Shown: positions 1 through 12,638, counted from the first letter of the whole stretch. The stretch: DNA of 63,027 nt, filler included, from Pelomyxa schiedti (GCA_020536535.1; 11 parts of 11 records of this genome joined end to end with filler, not necessarily neighbours in it); one strand, 5' to 3'. A program made the numbers and translations. Notes: a model not told the origin generated them from the sequence alone.

Positions 1-315
1 AGATGTTCATTGCAGAGGGGCCCAGGCCGGTTACGCCAGAGTGGTATGTGGAGCTTATTGAGACGATAACGGCACATTATGGGAGGAGGCCACAGAGGTG
101 CTATGAGCTGTACTCGGTGTATATCCCATGCTTACCAGCATCAGTGGTGGCGAGGAATGACAGGGCTCTGGCTGCATCACTGATAGCACACATATCAACC
201 TGAGACCATGATCAGACCACTCCGGAGTGGAGGGAACCACCCAGCGAATGACGCTGGACTTTAAAGGTGCAGAGCGTTATAACTAAGAATTCCCATTGGA
301 GAATTTTTTTTTTTG

Positions 316-3300
316 TTACGGTTGGCAGTAGCGACATCTGCAGTCCTTGTCTGAGTACATGCCACCACATCTCCGACACTGCGTTCCATCAGAATTTTAC
401 ATGAAAGAACTGGGCTTACAATTATTGTGATCCCTGTGAGTGTGGAGCACCGGCTGCGGATTTGGTAATAATCACTCTCTGCACAGAGCGTACCAGTACA
501 GGTTACCTGTTTCTTCTGTGAATATTTTAGACAGTAAACTTACACACATGATCGAAATCTGTTTTTGTGGCACATGTGACATTTAGATTACAGTTCTTGA
601 GGGTGGCACTTCTGAAGTCAACACCCTCCAACGATGCTCCGGCAAAGCATACATTGGTCAATGTGCAGTTGGTGAAATGAACATCAATTAGTCTTGCACG
701 ACTGAAGTCACAGTCCAGGAGGAACCCAGCCTCAAAGATTGTGGATCTAAGTTCTACCCCCTGCATGTTCACTCTGAGTGAGGCACCCTTCAGTGTGGCA
801 TATGATAGCTTAGTTGTTGTCAGATCAGTTTGTTTTGGAGAATGGTCGTTCCCACTACGAATCTCTGCTCCATCAAGATGTGCGTATTCCAAACTCACAC
901 CAGAAAATGTACAGTTGTCAAATTTGACGCCTTCCAACCAACAATGATGAAAATTGACCCGTTCTAAGCATGCACTATTGAACGTGGCGCCCTTCAGCTG
1001 GTGACTGTAAAGGGATAAGTCGTGGAGCTTGCCAGTCCATTGAGTTTTTTCGAGAATTGCCTGTTAATGCAAGTTACTACTTAAAAGCAGTCACAGGCGA
1101 ACCCCATTTAGGCGAGTTGTACTCAAATCAACATCCGATAATAAAGCTCCAGTAAGAGAGCAGCCTTCAAGATTCGCATTTTTAAGAATGGAACCTTTGT
1201 CAAATTGCACCCCTGCAAGATTTGAGCCATGGAGATCAACTGATTCCAAACACGCTTGTTGCAGGTTTGCTCCCTCAAGGACCGTGGGTCTTTGTTGACT
1301 TCCTTCAACAAAAATCGCACTGGTAAGTATGGCACCAGAAAAATTCACGTGATGAAAATCAACACCAACCAATTTAGCTTCTGTCAGATTGGCCCCACTA
1401 AAAATAGCAGGGCATACTAGTTCCTTGGAGGCACTTTCTCTGCCTACACAATATGGTGATGCGCATGAGTAAGATAAATCCACCTGGAACATGTTGGCAC
1501 TGGAGAAGTCTACTTTGTATAGGGTGATGCCAGAGAAATTCTTTTGTGCGAGGTTCGCACCTGGGCCCCATGTAGTATCTTCCAATATGGCTCCTACAAG
1601 TGGGCATTCACTCATCCTCATAAAAAGATCATTTCCTTGGATTACAGCTCTCCTAATATTACACTGACTGAGTTCTGTTTTTTTGGAAACAACTGTGCCT
1701 ATCATCACGACTGATTGTAAGTTGGTCTGTTTCAGCTTCGTGCCAGATAAGTTTGCACCAGTCATATCTTTTCCTGATAAATCACATTCCAGAAAGGTGT
1801 GATGTGACAGATTTGCGTGGGAAAAGTTGAATGACTCGAAAGAACATTTCCTAAAAGTGGGAATATTATCACACTCCAAGCCAAGATTATCCAGGTCGCA
1901 CTGGTCAAAAAAAGAGTTGAATGTGGAGCAGTGAGACAGCTTTGTAATGTGAAATCTTTTGGCCATGCTAAATGAGATGTCACTGTTATCAAACACTAGT
2001 GTCGGCACCGGTTCTCGGCGAAGATAGTCTAAGTAAGGAAGAGCCCTGTCAGGTGCTTCAAGGAGTAATCCACGAAGACAGCATGAACAAAATGAACAAT
2101 CTAATGTGGACACAAAAGTGGAACGCAAGAACTCACATTTGAAAAATTTGCTTCTGTCAATATTAAGTGCTGAGCATTCGTTGAGATCACTATCTTCTAC
2201 TGTGCAATCATTAATGAACAAATTCTTAATGTGATTGCTCTGAAACTTGGCTCCCAGAATGGTGCATGATTTCAGTAATAAAGTCGCTTGTGCAGGAAGT
2301 GAAGATAAGTCAACATTTTTGATTATGCAGCTGGAAAAAGACAGTGTTGTTGGGACCCTTTCAACCAGAAGGGCTTCTATGTTGCACCCAGTGAAGGAAC
2401 AGTTTTGTAAGCTGCAACAAACATCTTTTAACTGCACATTGGTGAAGGAGCAGTTCTGGAAGGTCCAATATCTGTCTTTGAATTCTATATCAGAAAACTG
2501 TGAGTCTCTGAATTCTGAGGACTTGCAAGCAACAGTCTCAAATCCTTTTATAGCCGCCATCGTTACCCCAATCCAAGTGATACCTGATAGTGTTGACAAA
2601 AAAAAACTCGATGGCATGAAAGAAACCTGCTGTCTGGTCGTCTGGGAAAAGACAGGAAGTAAAGTCCGCTCCTGTGAAGTCAGCTCGATCAAACACACAT
2701 GAGGTATGCATCACTGAAAAAATAGTTCCCCTCAATTTGCAGGCTGTGAAGCTTGTATGCCCCATGATAAGCCCAGTCCAATTAAGTAGTGTTGTCAAAT
2801 CGGCTTGAACGGAATTGAAACTGACTTGGGATACATTATTTCCCTTAATTTTAGTCAGAACAGTGCCAAGAAATTTTGAGGAAGTGAAATCCACGCCAGT
2901 GATAATACTCTCCAAGAAGCATGTTTCATCGAATAGGCAGGTGCACATGTGAGCTCTGTTTATATCTGCCTGTGTGAAATCTGCAGCATGGAATTTTGAG
3001 GAGCTGAAGTTGACACCTGCAGCCACAGATCCAAGGAAACAGACTTTATCAAAGCTACAGCCAGACAGTACGCATCCAGAGAGGTCCATTCTTGTCAAAT
3101 CAACATCCCTAAATTTTGACCCAGAAAAGTCAACATCTTTTAGGTCAAGTCCACTCATATCACAGTCTGTTATTGACTTAGTGGAATCACATCAATTGGA
3201 GTACACACCAGCGAAGGATGTCCCAGGGAACTTTGCCTTATCGAATGTCGAGTGTGTCATATGACATGCTTCAAACGAGGAGGTCTTAATGCAAGAGTTT

Positions 3301-4194
3301 ACAAGTGATGTGTTCGAGAGATCTGCGCCAATGAAGGTGCAGTTATTCATGGAGGCATCAATAAATGCACAATGAGTGACATCAGACTTGCAAAGCTTAC
3401 AATCCGTCAAACAAGTCTGTGAGAATGTGCAACCTGGATACCATCAAGGTTTACTTTCAGCAAGAGTTTGAAACCTGATAAATTGCATCCAGAGAGATCA
3501 CAGGTATTAAAAGTACTTCCAGAGAGATCTGAAGATGAAAGAATAGCTTTTTTGAAACTCAGCTGGCAGAAAGAGAGATTGCTCAAATTTGTATGAGGTA
3601 ACCAAATTTCGGAAAGAGAGGACACAGATGCCGCCTGCATCGATGTGAATTTGTGCAACCCTTACAATTGATAGTTACATTAACCATTTGCCTCAACTGA
3701 GTGTCAGACAGATCGGGCTCGATCATTTCTGATGGGTCAAGGCACAAAACCCTTGCACATTGAATTATGTTCTGCCGGTTTTTTTTGGATTGGAAAGGTG
3801 GTTTTCCTGAAACCTTTTCCTACTTATTAAGTAAGTCAAGAGTAAGAATTAAGAAAAGATGATGGTAACACACCCCCTTAGTCACAAAGTGGAGAAGAGC
3901 ACAGCCCTCTCTGGACGTCATCCCTTGCAAAATAATTGCCCCGGTCTTTGCGTCAGTGTCTTGGCCACGATGAGTGGGGGAAAAAAAAAGTGAAAAGGGA
4001 GCCAAGGGAAACGCACCGGGAGTCGCTCCCGGGGCAAACATCCTCGTGAAGAACGTGTCTGTTCCGCCGGCAACGGGGTGCAACAACGCATCCTTGTTTA
4101 CTCGTATAAAATCGTTCTCGATTTTAAACAACACAGTTTCTGGGATCTCAGAGGCTGGCGCCGAGATGCTGGTCGTAGCCCCCGCGGAAGACAT
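316..4194 (-). CDS. Multi-exon BTB/POZ-like + very long pentapeptide-repeat protein (KCTD9-like architecture) with Cys-rich C-terminal tail
   Basis: The N-terminal exon VLFKIENDFIRVNKDALLHPVAGGTDTFFTRMF resembles a BTB/T1 start. ORFs 3407-3658, 3192-3410, 2538-3158, 1091-2698 and 527-937 are all A(D/N)LxX-type pentapeptide repeats and can be joined by short GT-AG introns (e.g. about 3478-3419). The last predicted exon encodes CRRCGGMYSDKDCRCRYCQP*. Some junctions are unresolved. Confidence 0.8.
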
Positions 4195-4253
4195 TTTTTT
4201 TCCCCAATCTTTTTCCATTCGCATAACATCAAAGAACAAAAATTTCACAGCTG

Positions 4254-5129
4254 ATGGCCGATGTCACGTCGAACGTGGTGTCGCAGATGGAACTGGCGGC
4301 TAGCGAATTGGACAAATTGGTGAACTTATGGGACGCCGTGATGAAGCGCACGGCGGACCCGACGTCGCTACTGAGGCGCAGCCACGTGCCGATGTCCCAG
4401 CTCGGCCGCAACGTAATCGCGACCCATAATAGCAACACCGCCCCCAGCGCTGCGGCCCCGACGGAAGACGGCGGTAGCGGAATCAGGGAGGAAGCCGCGG
4501 AAGACGTAAACGTTGGAGGGGCGGGGAAAAACAAAGTTATGGGAGTGGCGGAAGTAAGGGGCCGTGTGGCTGTAATGGAGGCCGCGATGTCTCGTATTAC
4601 TTTGGAATTGTAGGGTGTTGTATTTATTCTCTTGTCTCTAAACTATAACAGCACCTTTTTTTTTTTCCCTCCCATAACTTTTACATAGAGACACGCTCAA
4701 GACTGTTGTTTCTCGAATGAGAAATGCGACCGATTTTGCGTACAAAAGTTGCCTGGATTCTTGGCCCAAAGTTGGGCCAGAAGAGATGGTCAGAAGGACT
4801 CCAAGTTCACCTTCATATATTGATGTACTTGAATCAATGCTCTATATTGCAGAGAGCTATGAAAAAGAGTGAGCGCCAATAATGCACGTATTAGTTTTCC
4901 TTACAAGATACTGACACCAACTTCACAGATTGTATGCAAAGGAATCTGCTCTGGCGAAAATTACTGTTTACTGTTCTGAGCAATTGGAGCCATTTCTTCA
5001 GCAGTGGCTAGTTGATCAATACATAAACAAGAAAAAAGGTTACATTCTACAAAATTTTTACTTTTGTTATTAATCTTCTTTCAGTTCAAAATCTAGTGAC
5101 TCGCATTGGTGCATTTACTGAGGCAGTTT
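4254..5129 (+). CDS. Hypothetical multi-exon protein, N-terminal coiled-coil-like helix; 3' end runs toward the gap
   Basis: ORF 4254-4613 (MADVTSNVVSQMELAASELDKLVNLWDAVMKR), a GTAAG donor near 4555 and a plausible downstream exon (TLKTVVSRMRNATDFAYKSCLDSWPKVGPEEM). No family recognised. Confidence 0.45.
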
Positions 5130-5229
5130 NNNNNNNNNNNNNNNNNNNNNNNNNNNNNNNNNNNNNNNNNNNNTTAATTAATTAANNNNNNNNNNNNNNN
5201 NNNNNNNNNNNNNNNNNNNNNNNNNNNNN
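5130..5229. other. Assembly gap (one of 11 100-nt gaps; others at 13690, 18270, 22133, 38907, 43592, 45289, 55183, 57398, 58500, 61722)
   Basis: N runs, all but 18270-18369 containing the synthetic linker TTAATTAATTAA. Confidence 0.98.
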
Positions 5230-5350
5230 CTGTCACCTTTATAAAAACAAAACTTTTATTTAATTCTTTCACTGCTGTCTGTATAGATCCGCCAAAAAAA
5301 TTGCAACAAGTCAAGAAGTCGTCATGGATACACCGGAGGCAGTAGCGGAC
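5230..5350 (+). repeat. Left terminal inverted repeat (121 bp, cTGTCACC...agcggac)
   Basis: Exact reverse complement of 13569-13689, compared base by base. Confidence 0.95.
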
Positions 5351-6363
5351 TGCGTACTGAACCCGATACACAGCAGGATTCTAGATGTGGACGATGACGA
5401 CGACGTCGCAGCTATGTACGAAGTCCCATCATCTTACTTGCACATAAAAAAAAACACAGGCATAACACTCTCGTAACTCCAATACAAGGTTGATCCAATG
5501 GCTCGATGGCATTGGGCCAGAGTTTGGACCTCGAGTTGGGGTTGTGATCCCCGATGCAGGCTTAAGATACAAAGTCGCCAGAATATTGAAGGAATACCGA
5601 AGCGCCACAATTTACATAACCCTCGACGTAGGGTTTGAGCTCCAAACTGTTCTTTCTAACTTTACGAAGGGGCGTTTTGTCGCCCAACAGGCTCCAGCAC
5701 GCATCTTGAAACTCGTGGAACTAGTACGATCCCCGTCGAAGCTAGCGGGACATGTTCCTCTATTGGTGGTAGTGTCGCCCACAGCAGTTTACATTCCGGT
5801 TGAGAAGATTCACTTTGTGCACGTGGAGTGGTTTAAATTACCCTCACCTGGAGCAAACAAGTAAGTATGAGTTGATTAAATGAAAGTAATAATGACAATA
5901 CAGGGCCGCAAATATGATACAACGCAAGGCCCCGCGCCCAGCGCATCTAAAATACGAGGTAGTGTACCCATTTGTTCAGAATTTTTTTCTTGTTTTTCAA
6001 ATCTCAACAGATGTTGAAATTGCAGCTTGATGAGGTACTGCCTACTTTAAAACTCTTTCTTTTGCACAAAAACCCACTCCCTCAAAGCCCCTTGCAAACA
6101 TTTGGCGGAGCATGCCGCCACAATGTGCCGAACTGCCACCAACATCAGAAACCCCAGAAGCAGCTGGTGTCGCTCATGACCTGGCAGCACAAGGTTCCGA
6201 GCCTTCATCAGTTTTCTTCTTGTTTACACAATGCACAGAAACAGAGATCCTGAGAAAGCTTGGGAGCTTCATACCGGAGTTCACTAGGCAAACTGAATTG
6301 CGAGCTCATGTAGACAAGGAAGTTGCAAAATGGAAAGCAATTCTGAAACAACAGGGCCTTTGA
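5324..6363 (+). CDS. Element-borne unknown spliced gene X, left copy (possibly frameshifted in 3' exons)
   Basis: The ATG lies inside the inverted repeat (MDTPEAVAD). Intron 5416-5488 joins in frame to LIQWLDGIGPEFGPRVGVVIPDAGLR. Further GT-AG introns are predicted at 5861-5903, about 5959-6010, 6035-6087 and about 6167-6238. One frameshift near 5905-5945 is needed to reach the last exons. Confidence 0.55.
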
Positions 6364-6639
6364 TTTCACAAACAAGGAAGATCCTAAGAGACTTGTTTCC
6401 TTTTTATTCCTCGACTTATGTTCTGGGTACATCATAGTTTACAAGACTGGTTGGTGTCAGAGTGATGGTTCTTGTAACCCAGCTTTGGCTCAGCTTTTCA
6501 GTAATAAAACAATTAACATTGTTCTGCCCCAACCGCCATGTGATTCGGCCCTCTTTATAAATGGTGCTCTTTGGTACTAAGTGATGTAAGGATTGTGTAT
6601 TAGTCACATAAAAAACCTCGTGTTGCAGTTATAAGTCCA

Positions 6640-8230
6640 AATCGCCAATACTCGTGAGAATCCAATTAAGGATTTTAAGGATTTTGAAGGTCAGCTGGTT
6701 TGCTAGAACTGATAGAGCTCATATCTCCATTGAACGAGAATCGCGAAGTATTCACCACATATGTGGAAGAACTTGGCGAAATGAAATAAACACCATACTG
6801 AAAATATGGCCAAGAGAGCTGGAAAAGCTGGAAGTGAAAAAGTTGCTTGGTACTGGCGCAGCAAGGTGGCGAAAGAGTCCATAATCGTACCTGATTCTTC
6901 CAAGATGGAAGCTGTTATGCATTTCCAGTCCCAAAGACAGCGACCCTAGAATGTTTGTGAAAGACTACGCTATAAAGCAAATGCACTGGTAGAGACTATC
7001 AGGAGATTGCTGATGAAATAGAAAGGAAGGAAACGTGCTTTTGAGAATCTGAATACACTGCTAGTGTTGAGATTCAGTCCAAGAAGGACAAGCTACATTC
7101 AGGCACAAGCTACAGGATGGCTGCTTTAGTTTTTCTTATTCAGTTTTGTCCTGTGGAAAACGGGGTGGAATAACGAATATGTATACCAAGTATACAGTAT
7201 TGGTATACCAATACTCATGCTTACATACTGGGGCTTGACTGCAATCCTACCAAGAGTAGCTTATGGCAAAGAACACCTTGACATGATGATTACCGAATTC
7301 CATTCTAGAAAGGAGGCAGATACCTTTTTAGAATCACGCACTGAGCAATGGTTTGTCCGCAGTTGGAAGTAGACCCAATTGATAGTATTATCCTGCATAG
7401 AATTCAAAAACAATGGAGGAGTTATACCTTGCCTTTAACAAATTGCCACCCATGGAGTTGGAGGATTCTACAATTTGTTCCAGTAATCTGTCATGCACTG
7501 ACGATAGCTACATAGCATGCCCAGTGGGAAATCCATTGGACACTGCCTATGCAATCAAGAATGGATGGTCACAGAGGTGATCGGTTGTGAAGAGGGTGAG
7601 TTCGAGACACTAAATGGAACCACATACCTGGTCCAGGTGCTTCCAACTCGAAATTCAGTCGTCTAGCAGTAAAGGAATGCACAAGACCGCTTTCAACTGG
7701 GCAAGGATGCTATTTGATTGAAAAACGCACATTCCAAAGGAAACCAATAGACACCTGTTCTTTCTTACATCAACAATATAATTATCCTCTCTAAATCGTG
7801 TAGTGAGCACATGGAACACTTGGAAGAAGTTTTTACATGCCTGTACGAGGCAGAAGGGCAGCTGAAACTTCAAACCTTCTGGGAATTGTAAGAGATAGCC
7901 AGAATCAGATCTGTGGTTGCCCAGGCAGTAACCCATCAAGCCCCGCACTGCCATTGGGTCACATTTATGCAGCATACTCATTCCATACAAGGCAAATTCA
8001 GAGGGGAAAAGGTAAATACCATGACCATTGATATTAACAATATCAGTTTGAGTGCGACAGTTGAGGTTGGTTGTGAGACAGGGGCAAAACTGAAAGCCTG
8101 TGGCTACTTGTAGTTTTACAACAATAGTGATGACACAAAAGACAACACATTCCCGCGAATATGCATCAATTGGCTGATTAAAAAAAACATCGGCTGAGCG
8201 ACTATACCGAAAATGACAGCGTACCGTACG
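6640..8230 (+). pseudogene. Heavily eroded gag-pol remnant (left arm)
   Basis: Gag-like NPIKDFKDFEG and LLGTGAARW; PR-like YILGLD (about 7226); RT motifs HKTAF (7680-7694), TFQR and VLSYINNIIILSKSCSEHMEHLEEVF (YxDD position 7766-7777); weak RH-like TIDINNISLSA. Many stops and deletions. Confidence 0.6.
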
Positions 8231-8393
8231 TTGATTATTTTCAATGAAACCGGGTTTTTCTTCTTGAAAACTTAGGTGTGTGGCGTTTAGGCGTAGATTT
8301 GCTTTTCGCAGGTAGCGGTGTTGTCTCGTCAAAGCGGGGGCGTTGCGGTTGTCGTGCAGTTTGCATTTTTATTCTTTTCTGTCTCCCAAAGAC

Positions 8394-11300
8394 CTAGGCT
8401 TGTTTACATGCGTAGAGATCTTCGCGCTTTAGCCATGTTGCGGCTGCCAAGGGAAAACCAACCCATTTAACACGGTACAATGTCTCTCCGTTGTAGTCTA
8501 TTCCTTCACCTACTATGCGCTCGACTTCATATCGGTTTTCTTGTTGTTCTTGAGCTTTTTCATTCAATCGCTCTAACAGATGCTGGCAATCTGCTGTGTC
8601 CTCGTGTGGCGTTGGCCAAGTTGGAAATAGCTGGTCCCTAGCTATGTAGAGCTTGACACGATTCCTATGCACGACTGGATATGCTTTTCCATCTTGAATA
8701 TCTAGTCTGCATGTATGCTCACTTGGAATTTGGATAACTCGGTATGGTCCCATCCAAATTGGTAGTCCTTTCTCACGAAAGGTGCAGGTACATGTAACCA
8801 TACCCGATCTCCTTCCTGAATATGCACTTCAGCCTTCTTCGTAATATGCACTTGCTGTTTCTGCAGCTTCCTGCGTGCTTTCTCTTGTTCTTGAGACTAG
8901 TTTGCGGTTTTTTAAGCGCTCTTGCAGCAAGTGCTTTCCATCAAGTTCTTGAGGTACATACGGCGCTACTGGTAGCAAAGCAATGTCAATAGGCATTTGC
9001 ATATCACGGCCATGAGACAAGAAGAAGGGTGTTTCTCTGGTACTCTCACAAATGGTGAATTGATATCCATTGTGAACCAGTGCAGGTTTTTATCCCATTC
9101 TTCCTTGTTCTCTTGTGTTGATTTGTAAGTTTTCACGGTTCTCTATGCTTCGCCATTAGACTGAGGATGCAGTGATGGTGAACTTATTGATCTTCCTTGC
9201 ATGATACATCTCTACATTCACACTCGTAATAAACGATGCATCTCTATCACTCAGTAAAGTATGTGGACATCCTTTTTGCGATATCCATATCTTTTCAATA
9301 GCTCTTACAATGGTATCAGGAGTTTTGTCCTTTAGAGGTTTTGCAGCTACTTATTTCGTGTAGAGGTCTACCATAATAAGACAAAAGACATGTTCACGTT
9401 TCGTTGGCGCTGTTTTACCCCACAACAAATCCATTGCAACAATGTGATTTGGATAATTAGCAGTCATTGATTTCAATGGTATGTTCTGTTTTTGCTTCGA
9501 AAACATCCGACAGATTTCACAAGGTATGACCCACTTGTACACTTCATTGTACATCTTAGGCCACCAATACTTGCGAGCCAACGTCCGGTATGTCTTGGAC
9601 ACTCCCCAATGACCTCCTCCAATGAGATCGTCATGAGCTCTGTGCAGTAGTGTTTGACGGACAATGCCCACAGGTATGCACAATCTGATGCTCCTTGCTC
9701 TTTTCTTATCGTGCAAAGGTAATGCTGTATAGAACGACTGGTCTTCAAGTAGAGTAAATGGTCCATTTTGATCAAAATCTGGCGTTTTTCAGCTTCAGGA
9801 AGTTTGTCAAGTTCCACTGTGTCTCCTTGTAGAACCCTGATGATAAGTCCAAAGTACGAGTCCTTCTTTTGTTCTTCCAGTAATGTTTGTTGTAGGTCTT
9901 CAGATACAACTGGCGTGACGACCCAAGTGTTCTTTTTCATTCGTACAACCAATACAGAATCCAATGGTTTATGATGTTTAACATCGACTGTATCATTTTC
10001 CAGTGAGTCTTGTGTAACTTTCAATCTACTCAAGGCATCACTTACAGGATTCAACTTTCCCGGTCTATGTTCTACTGTGTAGTCATATTCCTGTAGTGCC
10101 AATGCCCATCGAGCAAGTCTCGATTTCCCTTGGACTTCTCTCAATTGTCTGACTGCTGTCGCATCAGTGATCAGGGTAAAATGCCTACCCCAAAAATATG
10201 GTTCAAACTTCTCTACAGCCCAGACTGCAGCTAGCGCCTCAAATTGGCGTGCTGGGTAGCGTGTTTCTGTATCCTTTAGTCTTCTGCTTATGAAGGCTAT
10301 CGGCCTCTTCACTTTGTGTGAATCTTCTTGCCATAGAGTAGCAGCAATTGCTTCTCCTGACGCATCTATCTCAATGATAAACTCCTTATTCCAGTCTGGA
10401 TAAGCTAGCACAGGCGCATTCATCAGCTTCCGCTTCAATTCCACGAATGCATGCTCTTGTGAATTCACCAGCCACATTTCAACGCCTTATTGACATTGTG
10501 TTGCAAGGAATTGAAAGTGCGGTTTTGACCTTGGACCTTTCATCCATATGTATTTGCCAAACCACTTTTCAAATCCAACCCAGTAAACCAGGTACATCCA
10601 CCAAGTTAATCTAATATTTCGTCTATCCTTGGCATTGGATACGCCATTTTCTTGGTGACTGCAGAACACCTACAAGCTATTAGCGATGGCAAAACTACAG
10701 GAAGGACTAGCCTACTCAAACATGAAATTCATACCGGAGATGCAGTTCCGATAATGGTGCCATCATACCGTAAATCTCCTGAGGTTCAAAATATACTTGA
10801 ACAAGACATCATTGAACCATCGATATCCTCATGGTCTGCACCTGTTGTTTTTGTGTTTTTGTGAGAAAAAAAGATGGTTCCACATGATTTTGTGTTGATT
10901 ACCGTCGTTTGAATGCATAAATCTCGAATCTGTTGTTGCTCTTGCTCAGAGAGCGGCTGCTACATTTCATCTATCAACTTCAATTTTGCTTTCCTGGACG
11001 AGTCACTTCCAGGCGTAGAAGTGCCTTTTGTTGGCTCTGCTCCTTTCTTATGCACTTCCACTGCACATACATTTGATCGCCGTACATGAATTTGCCTCGA
11101 TTTCTTCCACTATGCCAACTATTTTACGAGGCATAACTCTCTGTTTGACACTAGATGGGTTACACAAACAAGACAGGTACTGTGCCTCTTGATGAAATTT
11201 GGCAATAACTGTTGCAACAAGATATTCTGGACCAATTGACATATACTTCGGTGCCTTCACGGATGTTATTGACTGGTACTTCAATGCAGGCATAGGCACG

Positions 11301-12370
11301 AACTGGAATTCTAACAGTGTGCTCAACTTGTACACGTCCAAATGCTGGCCTAGCATTTAGCGTGGATATACACTGCACAGGTTTTAAGCCTGGCAGGCAA
11401 ATCAATAGTTTTGCGCAATCTATCACAGCACCAACTCGCCGTAACCAGTCTAAGCCAAGTATAAGCTTGTAGCTTAGTTGCCGGACTACAAAGAATTCAT
11501 GATGAAATTCTCGCCCAGATATGAAATGCGTCAAAGACTGCATTCCTATAACCTCCAGATTCTCTCTACCGCTTGCTGTATTTAGCATAAGGAGAGCCGG
11601 ATTGACTTCTCTTCCTCCCGCATGTAAGTACTCCTTCTCCGTGATAACACTCACATCAGCACCAGTATCGATTTTGGCATCACTATATCCGTTTGGAAAT
11701 TCGACTGTGACTTTGCAGTGAAATCCATTGGTATTCGACCTTTGTAGGATGTTTGGGATGTAGTCTCCCTAGTCAGCTTTGTACAGTGTTTCCCGCTTGC
11801 CACTGCACAGCTGGTAGTTTCCCGCTTCAAACAAATAATGTTCCTTTGAACAAAACTCTGAATCTGCTCTTGCAATAGGATTGTACCAATCTCGCTTCTT
11901 ACAGCCTGGATATTTACAAATTGCTGAGAGTTGTTTGTGAGGACGATAGAGCACTTGTAATTCGTACTTTCTCATTTTCTCCTTGTCTAATTGAGTTTAT
12001 CCTTCAGTACTTGTTCTGATTCCTTCACAAAGAATGCCAGAAATGACTTCTTGAGAGCCGGTAATGTTGTAAGATCTCACACTTCACTGATAACCGTTGT
12101 ACAGCTTGTCCGGTCATAGAAGTAACAACTTTGCCGCACATGTGTTCTTCAGAAAGTCTGTGGACCTTTTGGAATGTCAATACTGATTCCCACCAATTCT
12201 CGTGGATCCGTAATTCCATCATAAGGATCAAGTTTCCCAATTGGCTTCTGTGGCTTGAGTGGTGTGACAACAGGTACTTCTATCTCATCTTTCTCATCGG
12301 CATCGGACTTCTTGTGCTTTCCTGACTTTGACAAATCCTCGATTGCTCCTGAAAGTGCATTCTTGAGCAA
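8394..12370 (-). pseudogene. Ty3/Gypsy (chromovirus-like) gag-pol, frameshifted, RT inverted and deleted
   Basis: Gag KPIGKLDPYDG / MTGQA / RQGENEKVR; protease IDTGADVS (about 11665); RT pieces; RNase H IEIDASGEAIAATLWQ...PIAFISRRL...ALAAVWAVEKF; integrase HHCC (HRAHDDLIGGGH...CEIC), core IVAMDL...IMVDLYTK, GPY motif WMGPYRV; chromodomain YEVERIV...YRVKWVGF...ATW. Confidence 0.9.
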
Positions 12371-12638
12371 ACAACCTTCCCAGTAGCAAATTCTGGTTAC
12401 ACCCTACAAAATCGTCTGAAGTTAATACCAACTGTTTCCCCTTGTTGCCTTTTATCTGGAATGGGATTCCAGATAAAACAAGACGTCATCTTCCACACTC
12501 TACACTCACAACGCAACCCATAAAACCCAACACGTTCAGTGGCAACCGCGACTGACACGGCTGTTCGAGCAGAACTCCTCTCTGAAGGGGAAAAACCCAT
12601 ACGCAAAAAGAAACTTGCCAAAACAACAGTGTATTATG

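Noticed and set aside
3-203. 66-aa ORF at window start
   Set aside because: Truncated by the window edge and no recognisable motif.
5174-5185. Recurring TTAATTAATTAA motif inside N runs, producing ORFs ending XXX-LIN
   Set aside because: Synthetic six-frame-stop linker in fixed 100-nt gaps, not biological.
7655-8332. 225-aa minus-strand ORF inside the composite element
   Set aside because: It is the antisense shadow of the plus-strand RT/RH remnant and shows no independent motif.
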